From contig OZ244905.1 in the NCBI GenBank assembly GCA_965221695.1, forward strand, positions 1,824,001 to 1,888,000: a stretch of 64,000 nt of DNA, written 5' to 3'. Shown here one piece after another: positions 12,647 through 21,914 of this stretch. The notes under the pieces are model-generated. The model saw only the letters and a program-made list of their open reading frames with translations. It did not search any database and had not been told where the DNA came from. Origin of the DNA: Gammaproteobacteria bacterium (GTDB taxonomy: Bacteria > Pseudomonadota > Gammaproteobacteria > Eutrophobiales > Eutrophobiaceae). Position 1 is the stretch's first letter. Each line of letters starts with the position of its first letter. A program made the position numbers and the translations under genes.

Positions 12647-13783
12647 ATGACTATCCATCGATACCTGACAGCGAGTGTCAAGGCAGACCTGGCGGAAAAA
12701 ATGGTCTTTTTGGGTGGACCAAGGCAAGTGGGTAAAACGACGCTTTCCCTCAGCCTGATACCTGGCGCTGACGAGTCTCATCCGGCATACCTGAATTGGG
12801 ACTTGCACGAGGTCCAACGCATGCTCCTGAACGGGCAATTGCCGGCGGAGCAATCGCTGCTTATTTTAGATGAGATTCACAAGCACAAAGGCTGGCGCAA
12901 CCTGGTCAAGGGCTTTTACGATAAACACAGGTCAAATAAGCGTTTTCTCGTTACCGGCTCGGCGCGTCTGGATCATTATCGGCGCGGTGGCGATTCATTA
13001 CAGGGACGTTACCATTACTTGCGTCTGCATCCTTTTTCGTTATACGAATTGAATGCTGCGCCAACCGGGTCGGATTTATCGGCATTACTGCGTTATGGCG
13101 GTTTTCCCGAACCGTTTTTAAAGCAGAACACCCGTCATTGGAAAAGGTGGCAGAGGGAAAGACAAAGCCGTGTTATACAAGAGGACCTGGTCAACCTGGA
13201 AAACGTGAAGGAAGTATCGCAACTGGGTTTATTGGCCCGGATCTTGCCCGATAAGGTGTCTTCAACCCTTTCCGTCAACAACCTGAAACAAGACTTGTCT
13301 GTCGCCTATGAAACTGCGGAGAGGTGGGTCACGATCCTGGAAAACCTTTACTATTGTTACAGGATTTCGCCCTATGGGTTGCCCCACTTGCGCGCCTTGA
13401 AGAAAGAGAGGAAGCTGTATCTTTGGGATTGGTCTCTTTGTAGCGATGCCGGCGCGCGCTTCGAGAATATGGTCGCATCCCACTTGTTGAAGTATTGTCA
13501 TTTCCTGGAAGATACCGAAGGCGATGCGATGGCATTGACGTTTATTCGGGATGCGGCCGGGAGAGAGCTTGACTTTGTCGTGACGCAAAACGGCAAGCCA
13601 CTATTTGCGGTTGAATGCAAAACCGGGGAACGAAACCTGGGCAAGAACATCGCGTACTTTTCTCAACGCACCGATATTCCTTATTTTTACCAGGTACATA
13701 TCGGGGACAAAGACTACGAACAGCCGGAATTAAACGCCAGAGTTATTCCGTTTACTCGTTTTTGTGAATTGTTGAAATTATAA
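12647..13783 (+). CDS. AAA_14 / DUF4143 ATPase with C-terminal nuclease-like motif
   Basis: GPRQVGKT, ILDEIHK, TGSA, SLQGR, GGFPE, KLYLWD, ELDF..VECK. Confidence 0.9.
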   Translation: MTIHRYLTASVKADLAEKMVFLGGPRQVGKTTLSLSLIPGADESHPAYLNWDLHEVQRMLLNGQLPAEQSLLILDEIHKHKGWRNLVKGFYDKHRSNKRFLVTGSARLDHYRRGGDSLQGRYHYLRLHPFSLYELNAAPTGSDLSALLRYGGFPEPFLKQNTRHWKRWQRERQSRVIQEDLVNLENVKEVSQLGLLARILPDKVSSTLSVNNLKQDLSVAYETAERWVTILENLYYCYRISPYGLPHLRALKKERKLYLWDWSLCSDAGARFENMVASHLLKYCHFLEDTEGDAMALTFIRDAAGRELDFVVTQNGKPLFAVECKTGERNLGKNIAYFSQRTDIPYFYQVHIGDKDYEQPELNARVIPFTRFCELLKL

Positions 13784-13860
13784 AGCGGAAACCCAACCAT
13801 AACGGCCGCCTTGCCCGACAAGCGCGGATCTGCATTACTTTAATCATTCTCAGCATTTGG

Positions 13861-14481
13861 TTTAGCGCTCCCAGGTCCACGCTATCACCTTGGCCACATC
13901 TTAAACAAACACCGGCGTAAAACGCGCCTCGGCACAGGCCAATGGAAATACCAGCGGCGCCAACTTGAGCAATGTCGCAAAGCGGTTGAAGAAACTGTCC
14001 TCAATACCGAAAATCACAGAAGGATGGTAACTGGTGACCCGGATACCTACGGCGGCATGAACCATATCTTCCGCCGCCCCCTTGCTGCGCAGGTAATGGC
14101 TGGCTCCGGCCAGCGCATCCGCATCGATTGCGCTCATATGCAACAGGCGCTGTATGTTGAGCCGCCGGCAAGCGCGGATAACCTTGCCGGTCAACTCCAC
14201 ATGCACATGGTGAAAACCAGAATCGTTGCGCCCACCCTCATTCAGAATCCCGACCAGGTTGATGACCGCATCACAGCCAGACAATGCAGCAGAGAGTTGC
14301 TCCTGGTCGTGAACATCTACCTCAACCTGCTCCAGGTTCGCCAAGGAACCAAGAACTGGGTGGTTGCCCGTCCGTAAGCGTGTCAATATTTTCAACTCAT
14401 AACCGGCATGGCTCAATTCCCGAGCGAGCGCGCAGCCGAGAAAACCACTACCACCAAGGATGCCGATCTTTCTGATGTTAT
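13861..14481 (-). pseudogene. Complex I NDUFA9-like NAD(P)-dependent epimerase pseudogene
   Basis: ILGGSGFLG, VINLVGIL, YLRSK; in-frame TAA inside PVFV*DVAK, truncated soon after; no in-frame ATG at the expected start. Confidence 0.75.
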
Positions 14482-14738
14482 ACTCATTCCTGGTGTGTAG
14501 AGATGAATGGTAAGGTATCGCCCTGAATTTATGTATTGTTATTTTGAGAGACAATAAGCAACACGAGGGGAGTACACCACCATAAAACAAGATACTGTAG
14601 TTGCCCTGAAAATGCCAGAAGATGATGAGGATATTCAGGCCCGTAGTATTTGGTGAGGTTGTCTGTCCATAAACGGGAATTGGATTGTGTATTCGTTCAA
14701 CAATATCTAAGAAGTATTACCTGTAGCGCTTCGGTGTG

Positions 14739-15839
14739 TCACCTCACCGGCAGCGTCAGCGTGGGTCCCCTGGATTGGGTTTGACCGGCCTGCAGGTCGA
14801 ACAATTGTCTTAGCAGCATGAAGGTGGATTTAGTTTCGAGGTCAGTGTCTTCAATGTAGAACCAGTGGTTGCGGTAGTAGGTGGCGATGTACGCGTTTTC
14901 GGGTCGTTCGGTGGCGGATTTGACTTTGAACAAGCGGCCGGCCGGGGTGTTGTTCCAGTCGAATGCGCCGCCGGTTTTTGCTGTTGTGGTAGTAACAAGG
15001 CCGTCGTACCGATGGCGGGCCGGAATTTCGACATTTTGCGACAGGTAATACAGCAGGCCGGAGATGGAACGGGTGCGTACTGACCATTGCGTGTGTTTTA
15101 TTTCCAGGAAGTCTGTGCTCAATTCAAAGTCATTGATATTACGGTCCAGTTGCAGCAACTCATAAATCCGGTCAGTTTCATATTTGTGATCATCCTGGCC
15201 GGTAACCAGTCTGACGATGATGGCATCGCCGCCCTCATTTTGCCTGGCGCCGATTTCTATCAACTGTTTTTTTTGTAGCGCGCTCAATGCTTGCAGTAAA
15301 ACGCTGAATTGTTCGTGCTCAGGTTCATGCTTCGGGGTCGGCCCGGAGGCGTTGGGCGCGTTGTAGAGATCATTGATTCGTTCCAGGCACAGGCCGAACA
15401 CCCGATCGATATTCCAACCTGATTGTGTCAACACCAGGATGTCTTCCAGTTGCACGGGGCTGAGGATGCTCTTTAGCAGATCTTCACCTTGCAGGGGTGT
15501 GTAGGAAATTGTTGGTTTGTCGAAATAGGCGACCCCGGCGCCGGGGCTGATACTGTCGCTGCCCCCGAAATTGACTCCGGCATTGAGCCCGGCATTCGCG
15601 CTCAGCGACAGGCTAGCCGTCACGCTACCGATTTCCAGGAAAAAAGGCACATCACGGTAGCGCATCCGCACCAGGTTTTGCAGCATCTGCTCATTGATGG
15701 AGGCAATTATGGCTTGATTGTAGGCGGGATGCGTGCGTTCCAGGGCCGTCGGGCCGAACGCTGACTGGCAGCCGGATAGCAGGACCGGCAGTGTCAATAT
15801 AAGGAGGGCGCTAATAAGGCGGTTGCGCATGGTGGTCAT
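14739..15839 (-). CDS. Hypothetical lipoprotein
   Basis: Signal peptide with LLSG-C lipobox; 366-aa ORF; family not recognised by name. Confidence 0.8.
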   Translation of the reverse strand: MTTMRNRLISALLILTLPVLLSGCQSAFGPTALERTHPAYNQAIIASINEQMLQNLVRMRYRDVPFFLEIGSVTASLSLSANAGLNAGVNFGGSDSISPGAGVAYFDKPTISYTPLQGEDLLKSILSPVQLEDILVLTQSGWNIDRVFGLCLERINDLYNAPNASGPTPKHEPEHEQFSVLLQALSALQKKQLIEIGARQNEGGDAIIVRLVTGQDDHKYETDRIYELLQLDRNINDFELSTDFLEIKHTQWSVRTRSISGLLYYLSQNVEIPARHRYDGLVTTTTAKTGGAFDWNNTPAGRLFKVKSATERPENAYIATYYRNHWFYIEDTDLETKSTFMLLRQLFDLQAGQTQSRGPTLTLPVR

Positions 15840-15902
15840 AGATCGGAAGTCTACAGGATAGTGAGGTAGACATGAAGAATTTACTGGACGCTAAAAGCAG
15901 AG

Positions 15903-15985
15903 TGTCGCCTTAAGCGACCTGTTGTTTTACTGGATTCCCGTTTTTCAGCCTGCCCCTGTATGGCGTTGAGCAGGGGCGAGAATGG
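15903..15985. repeat. Half BIME/REP unit interrupted by a GC hairpin
   Basis: GTCGCC..GCGACC..CTGGATTCCCG..GAATGG as at 391-446, with GCCCCTG..CAGGGGC inserted. Confidence 0.6.
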
Positions 15986-16005
15986 GATAAGAAAGACTGT
16001 TCTTT

Positions 16006-16023
16006 TGAATGAATAATCATTCA
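16006..16023. promoter_or_regulatory. Palindromic operator upstream of the amine catabolic operon
   Basis: TGAATGA-ATAA-TCATTCA, just upstream of a TGGACA-17-CATGAT sigma70-like promoter. Confidence 0.7.
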
Positions 16024-16087
16024 TTTCTTGTGGACAGTATAACCCGGATATGGCATGATACGAATCGCATAACTCATCTCGGCCGAC

Positions 16088-17419
16088 ATGTCACGCAAAC
16101 ACGATAAATCAGCAGCACATTTTCAGAAGGCGTTGACTCGCCTGCCGCTGGGCGTGACTTCCAATTTTCGCTACTGGGGGGATGACAGAACGATTTACAT
16201 CAAACAGGGGAAAGGCGCCCGGATTTGGGATATCGACGGCAACGAATACATCGACTACCGCATGGGTTACGGCCCCGCTATCCTCGGGTACGCTGATGAA
16301 AGGGTCGACGAAGCCGCCCGTCACGGCATGGAGACAGGCGGCGTGTTCGCGCTGGCGACGGAGCTTGAATACCAGGTTGCTGAACGTCTTTGTAAGATGG
16401 CGCCGTCTGCCGAACAGGCGAGATTTTCCGTATCCGGAACGGAAGCGGTGATGGCTGCCTTGAGGCTGGCCCGAGCCTGTGCCGGTAAGGATGAGTACGT
16501 GCTGGTTGAAGGGGGTTATCACGGTATATTCAGCGAGGCGTTATGGTACTCTGAGGTCGAGAACTGGCAGGAAAAAGAAGGAGACCCGGCGCTGCTGCCC
16601 TATGGTGATGGCGTGCCAGACCTTTACCGCCACTTGGTTCACAGTGTTCCCTTGAACGATTCCGATCGCCTTGAAAGCCTGTTCCGACACCGCGCTGATA
16701 AAATCGCCGCATTCCTGATTGAACCTATCATGGGTAATTGCTGTTCCATCACCGCCAGCAACCAATACCTCAAGGATACGCGCGAACTGTGCAGCCGTTA
16801 TGACGTGATACTGATCATCGACGAGGTAAAAACCGGGTTCCGGGTCGCTAAAGGAGGCGCACAGGAACTGCTGGGGGTGGATGCGGACCTTTGCGCGTTT
16901 GCAAAAGCCATGGCCAACGGTTACCCGATTTCCGCGTTGGCCGGCAAGGAAGAATATATGCGCGCTATCGGAGACGGGGTGACCCATGGCGGCACTTACT
17001 GTGGCCACTCGGTCTCCCTGGCTGCCGCTGAAAGAACTCTGCAGATTCTCGATGAGACGGACGCGCTGGGATCCATCGCCGCCCGGGGCGAACAACTGCT
17101 GCAAGGCCTCGGCGAGGTATTGACCCGGCGCGGCATCCCTCATTGTTTTGTTGGTCATCCCTCCATGCCAGGATTATTCTTTAGTTCGGAACCGCCAAAT
17201 GACTACCGCGACTGGGCGCGTTCCGATTACACTTTCTACAAGGCGCTGGCGCCTAACCTGCATGACGCCGGCGTGCTGGTGGAACCTGATTCGCGCGAGC
17301 CGTGGTTCCTTTGCGAAGCCCACGATGAAGCCTGCATAGAAGAAACCGTGACAAAGTTTGAACAAGCGGTACACGTGACGCTCGAACAGCAACAGGGTAA
17401 GCGCTACGGAGCCGTCTAA
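16088..17419 (+). CDS. Class III PLP aminotransferase (GSA-aminomutase-like)
   Basis: WDIDGNEYID, SGTEA, GGYHG, EPIMGN, DEVKTGFR, FAKAMANG. Confidence 0.9.
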   Translation: MSRKHDKSAAHFQKALTRLPLGVTSNFRYWGDDRTIYIKQGKGARIWDIDGNEYIDYRMGYGPAILGYADERVDEAARHGMETGGVFALATELEYQVAERLCKMAPSAEQARFSVSGTEAVMAALRLARACAGKDEYVLVEGGYHGIFSEALWYSEVENWQEKEGDPALLPYGDGVPDLYRHLVHSVPLNDSDRLESLFRHRADKIAAFLIEPIMGNCCSITASNQYLKDTRELCSRYDVILIIDEVKTGFRVAKGGAQELLGVDADLCAFAKAMANGYPISALAGKEEYMRAIGDGVTHGGTYCGHSVSLAAAERTLQILDETDALGSIAARGEQLLQGLGEVLTRRGIPHCFVGHPSMPGLFFSSEPPNDYRDWARSDYTFYKALAPNLHDAGVLVEPDSREPWFLCEAHDEACIEETVTKFEQAVHVTLEQQQGKRYGAV

Positions 17420-17507
17420 GCTGTATTCTCCATATATCATGTTTCCGATAACGCCAAACGACCTGGTGAGAAACACGGGTTAATACAGCCAACGGAGAAC
17501 AGAAGTC

Positions 17508-19124
17508 GTGAAGCATTATGACGCAATCGTCATCGGCGCCGGTCACAATGGCCTGACCAATGCCGCATTCCTGGCCAAGGCCGGTTTGTCTGTGCTGGTC
17601 GTGGAAAAAAATCCCTGGATAGGCGGCGCGTCTGTCAGCCGCTCCTTGTACCCGGGCTGGACTTATTCCAACTGTTCCTATGTATGCAGCCTGTTCCGCC
17701 CGGAGATCTACCGCGACCTGGAGTTGGCGCGCCACGGCCTGCAGGTCATTCCTTATGAAGGCGGCATCACCTTTATGCGCAACGGGGATTATTTTGGTAG
17801 TTATGGCGACGAGGAGCGCCAGTATCGGGAAATGGCGAGGCATTCAAGACGCGATGCCGACGCGTATTTTCGCTATGAGGCGGATGTGATGCGTCAGACC
17901 CAACTGATACGTCCGCTGTTAATGCGGACACCGCCGGACCCGACATCGTTCAGACCCCGGGACATCATGGAATTGATCCATTTCATAAAATCCTACTGGG
18001 ACCTGGGCGAGGAAGCCCTGTGCGATACCGTCCGCTTTTGGACCATGAGCATCGGCGACTTTCTGGACGAATATTTTGAAACAGACGTGATCAAAGCACA
18101 CCTGGCCGGCAGCGGCATTATCGGCACCGCGCTGGGGGTTTATTCTCCGGGCTCGGCCTACGTGTTGCTGCATCATTATATGGGCGATGTGGACGGCAGT
18201 ATCGGCTCCTGGGGTTTTGCACGAGGCGGCATGGGCGCCATCGCCAATGCTCTGGCCGGCGCTTTCCAGGCCCATGGCGGCGAGATTAAAGTCGATGCAG
18301 GCGTTGACAAAATCCTTGTGGACGGACGACGCGTCAAAGGCGTGGCGCTGGAAAACGGCGACGAATTCCACGCCGATATCGTCGTTTCCAATCTCGATCC
18401 GAAACGCACCTTCCTGGACATCATGAATGCAAGAGACCTGCCGCCGGAGCTGGTGAGCAAAGCGCGCAACTTCAAGATTCGCGGCTCTTCCGGGAAGCTC
18501 AATATCGCCCTGGACGGCATGCCCTCGTTTCATGCCATCTCCGGCGACCATGAGTTGTTCAAAGCGGATTTTCATTTTATCGACTCGCTGGAACGCATGG
18601 AACTGGCCTACGATGACTGGAAAAACGGTACCTGGTCAAAAGATCCTTACCTCGATACCCTGATACCCACCCGCGTCGACCCGACCATGGCCCCGCCCGG
18701 CAAACACATGATGAGCGTATTTGTCCAATATTGCCCGCCGCAAGTGAACGGCGAGGACTGGACCGATGAGCAACGGGATCAGTTCGGGCAAACCGTGATT
18801 GACCAGATTTCGGAATACAGTCCTGATTTCAAGGATTTGATCCTGCATGCTGAAATCCGCACACCGCGGGAGTTGGAACAGGAAGTGGGGCTGACCGAAG
18901 GCAACATCTTCCAGGGTGAACTGACCTTCGACCAACTGCTGTTTAACAGGCCCTTCCCTGGCTATGCTCGCTATCGAGGGCCTCTGCAAGGCATGTACCT
19001 GTGTGGTTCCGGCACGCACCCGGGCGGCGGCGTAATGGGCGCGCCGGGCGCTAATGCCGCCAGGGAAATCCTGCGCGACCTGCGCCGCGCCAATGTCGTC
19101 CCGGAAACGTTTTGTGATGACTGA
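17508..19124 (+). CDS. FAD oxidoreductase, phytoene desaturase/PYROXD2-like (copy A)
   Basis: IGAGHNGL, RGGMG, GNIFQGEL, YLCGSGTHPGGGVMGAPG. Confidence 0.9.
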   Translation: MKHYDAIVIGAGHNGLTNAAFLAKAGLSVLVVEKNPWIGGASVSRSLYPGWTYSNCSYVCSLFRPEIYRDLELARHGLQVIPYEGGITFMRNGDYFGSYGDEERQYREMARHSRRDADAYFRYEADVMRQTQLIRPLLMRTPPDPTSFRPRDIMELIHFIKSYWDLGEEALCDTVRFWTMSIGDFLDEYFETDVIKAHLAGSGIIGTALGVYSPGSAYVLLHHYMGDVDGSIGSWGFARGGMGAIANALAGAFQAHGGEIKVDAGVDKILVDGRRVKGVALENGDEFHADIVVSNLDPKRTFLDIMNARDLPPELVSKARNFKIRGSSGKLNIALDGMPSFHAISGDHELFKADFHFIDSLERMELAYDDWKNGTWSKDPYLDTLIPTRVDPTMAPPGKHMMSVFVQYCPPQVNGEDWTDEQRDQFGQTVIDQISEYSPDFKDLILHAEIRTPRELEQEVGLTEGNIFQGELTFDQLLFNRPFPGYARYRGPLQGMYLCGSGTHPGGGVMGAPGANAAREILRDLRRANVVPETFCDD

Positions 19125-20676
19125 CCGTTACGATGCAATCGTCATAGGCGCCGGCCATAATGGCCTGGTTTGCGCCGCGTACCTGGCCCGCGCCGGTTAT
19201 TCAGTACTGGCGCTGGAAGCGAACGAGCAAGTCGGCGGCTGCGCCATCACCCGGGAGTTCGCTCCCGGCTATTCGGTCTCCGCCGGCGCGCACCTGTTGT
19301 GCGGATTGCCCGCGCGTATCGTCCACGACCTGGCGCCGGAACGGCGCGGCCTTCAATGGGCGGCCGCCGGCATGGATACGGTCGCGCTGGCGCCGGATGG
19401 CAATCACCTTACCTTGGGCCAGGATAGTGTGAACGGCCTTGAACTGCCCGGAGACGACCGCGCCGCATACCCCCTGTTCCTGCGCAAATACCGGCGCTTT
19501 GCCCGCTTGTTGCAAAAGACATTCCTGCGCCGACCTCCCCGGCTCGCCCATAATAGCCCGACGGAGCTGGCGCGCCTGGCCGGTCTGGCCCTGGAAGTGC
19601 GCCTGCTGGGCAAAGACCTGATGCGTGAATTGCTGCGCACCGGGGCAATCAATATCTACGATGTATTGCAGGAAACCTTCGCCGATAAGCGCTTGAAAGG
19701 CGCGCTCTCCCTGGATGCCCTGCTCGGCGCCAACCTGGGGCCGCGCTCGCCTGGTTCAGTCCTGACCTTCCTGTACCGATTGGCGGGACAGTGGGACCAT
19801 AGCGGCGTCTCGCTGCCCGCGGGAGGAATGAGCGCGCTGGCCCGCGCGCTGCGCAATGCCGCCGAGACCGCTGGGGTCGAGATCAGAACCGCGACACCGG
19901 TCAAGCGGGTGTTACTGGAACATGACCGGGCAGCCGGCGTAGAAACCGCATCAGGCGAACAGATAGCGGGGAGACTGATCGTATCCAATGCCGATCCGAA
20001 AACCACCTTCCTGCAACTGGTCGGAGCCAGGCACATGGAGACGGGTTTTGTCAGGCGCATTAATAATATTCGTATGCAGGGCAAGGCGGCCAAATTACAT
20101 CTCGCCCTGGACGGATTGCCGGAATTCCGGGGACTGACCGCGGCGCAAACGGGTCAAAGACTGCTGGTTGCGCCCTCGATGGATTATCTCGAGCAGGCAT
20201 TCGACGCCTCCAAGTACGGCAGGTTTTCTGAACAGCCAGCGCTGGAAATCAGTATCCCGACCAGCCACGACCAGAGCCTGGCGCCGTCCGGCAAGCATGT
20301 ATTGTCCGCCATCGTCCAGTACGTTCCCTTCCGGCTTCGTTCCGGTTGGGAAACCGGCAAAGACGCCCTTAAGCAATTGCTGATAAAACGCTTGGAGCAA
20401 TATGCGCCCGGCATCGGCAAGCAGGTAATTGCCGCAGAGTTGCTGGGGCCGCCGGACCTGGAAACAGAATTCAACATGCATGGCGGCCACTGGCATCACG
20501 GCGAATTAAGCATGGATCAATTTCTGATGCTACGGCCAGTCCCGAGCGCGGCGCGCTACCGCGCGCCGCTCACCGGACTGTACCTGTGCGGCGCCGGCTG
20601 CCACCCCGGCGGCGGTATAACCGGCTTGCCGGGATACAACGCCGCCAGGGAAATACTGAAACAGGAGAGGGCTTAA
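19117..20676 (+). CDS. FAD oxidoreductase, phytoene desaturase/PYROXD2-like (copy B)
   Basis: IGAGHNGL, GHWHHGEL, YLCGAGCHPGGGITGLPG; start overlaps the copy A stop. Confidence 0.9.
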   Translation: MTDRYDAIVIGAGHNGLVCAAYLARAGYSVLALEANEQVGGCAITREFAPGYSVSAGAHLLCGLPARIVHDLAPERRGLQWAAAGMDTVALAPDGNHLTLGQDSVNGLELPGDDRAAYPLFLRKYRRFARLLQKTFLRRPPRLAHNSPTELARLAGLALEVRLLGKDLMRELLRTGAINIYDVLQETFADKRLKGALSLDALLGANLGPRSPGSVLTFLYRLAGQWDHSGVSLPAGGMSALARALRNAAETAGVEIRTATPVKRVLLEHDRAAGVETASGEQIAGRLIVSNADPKTTFLQLVGARHMETGFVRRINNIRMQGKAAKLHLALDGLPEFRGLTAAQTGQRLLVAPSMDYLEQAFDASKYGRFSEQPALEISIPTSHDQSLAPSGKHVLSAIVQYVPFRLRSGWETGKDALKQLLIKRLEQYAPGIGKQVIAAELLGPPDLETEFNMHGGHWHHGELSMDQFLMLRPVPSAARYRAPLTGLYLCGAGCHPGGGITGLPGYNAAREILKQERA

Positions 20677-21860
20677 TGGTAGCTCGGGTCGCAGCGCAAC
20701 GGGTTTTACCCACGCCGTTTCATCGGCGCGCCGCAGCCGCGTGCGAGACCAATCTCTGGTCATCCTGGGCGGGATATACCGTCGTGGACTGCTATACCTC
20801 CGTGGAAGATGAATATTTCTCCATCCGTAACGCAAGCTCGGTGTTTGACCTCAGCCCCATGACCAAGTATCGCATCAGCGGTAAGGATGGGCTGGCCTAC
20901 CTGGACAAGCTGATGACGCGCAGGATGGACAAGCTGACCCCCGGGCAGGTCATGTACACACTCTGGTGCAATGATCAAGGGCGCCTGCTGGATGACGGAA
21001 CCGTCTTCCACCTGGGCGACAATCAATGGCGCTTGTGTTCCCAGGAACCACACCTGGACTGGCTGCTGGCAAGCGCCTTGGGTTTTGCTGTCGAGATTCG
21101 CGACGAATCGGAGGAACTGGCTGCCCTGGCTGTGCAAGGCCCCACTTCCTGCCGGACACTGAAAGCCATGGGCCTGGCAGATATCGAGCTACTCAAACCC
21201 TTTTCAGCGCGCGTTTTTCCATTTGAAAATAACGAACTGCTGATCTCGCGCACCGGTTTTACCGGCGACCTGGGTTATGAGTTATGGATGCAACCGGATG
21301 CTGCGGAATCCGTATGGGATGCCCTGTTCACGGCCGGCGCGCCGTTCGGCATCACGCCCATCGGCGGCCAGGCCCTGGATATTGCCCGCCTTGAGGCCGG
21401 TTTCATCCAGCCGGAAGCGGAGTTCATGCCTGCGGCCAACCTGGTGCGCCCGAACCGGGGCCGTTCCCCGTTCGAACTGGGTCTTGGCCACCTGGTGCAT
21501 CTCGACAAGCCGGTTTTCAACGGCAGACGGGCTTTGCTGGAAGAACAGCAACAAGGGTCGCGCTATCGCCTGGTCAGGCTGGATGTCGCCGGCAACAAGC
21601 CGGCCAGCGAAGCGTTTATTTACAATCACAAGGAGCAGGAGGTCGGGCACGTGACCTCGGCGGCCTGGTCACCCAGCGCCAAGATGAATATCGCCCTGGC
21701 CTCGTTGCAGATGCCCTGGGGCAGACCCGAGGATGAACTGTATGCGGAAGTATATTACGATAGCGAATTACAGTGGAACCGCCTCATGGCCCGCTGCAAA
21801 GTGGTGGAACACGCTTTTTTTGACCCGCCGCGACGGCGCAAGACCCCGGCGGATTGCTGA
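20676..21860 (+). CDS. GcvT/aminomethyltransferase family folate-binding protein
   Basis: TPFH, FDLSPM, DDGTV, LAVQGP, SRTGFTGDLGYE, ARLEAG; TAATG coupling. Confidence 0.9.
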   Translation: MVARVAAQRVLPTPFHRRAAAACETNLWSSWAGYTVVDCYTSVEDEYFSIRNASSVFDLSPMTKYRISGKDGLAYLDKLMTRRMDKLTPGQVMYTLWCNDQGRLLDDGTVFHLGDNQWRLCSQEPHLDWLLASALGFAVEIRDESEELAALAVQGPTSCRTLKAMGLADIELLKPFSARVFPFENNELLISRTGFTGDLGYELWMQPDAAESVWDALFTAGAPFGITPIGGQALDIARLEAGFIQPEAEFMPAANLVRPNRGRSPFELGLGHLVHLDKPVFNGRRALLEEQQQGSRYRLVRLDVAGNKPASEAFIYNHKEQEVGHVTSAAWSPSAKMNIALASLQMPWGRPEDELYAEVYYDSELQWNRLMARCKVVEHAFFDPPRRRKTPADC

Positions 21861-21914
21861 ACAAAAAACATGATCTGACGGCTGCTCCCAACACAGCGAA
21901 CCCGGCGTAACAGC

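Noticed and set aside
16088-17419. hemL call
   Set aside because: GSA-aminomutase-like fold, but it lacks the PGGVNSPVR start typical of HemL and sits in a catabolic operon
17508-20676. Carotenoid biosynthesis (crtI/crtO) call for the two flavoproteins
   Set aside because: No crtB/crtE/crtY nearby; the context is amine catabolism
20676-21860. Glycine cleavage gcvT
   Set aside because: No gcvH/gcvP in the window; divergent sequence coupled to flavoproteins
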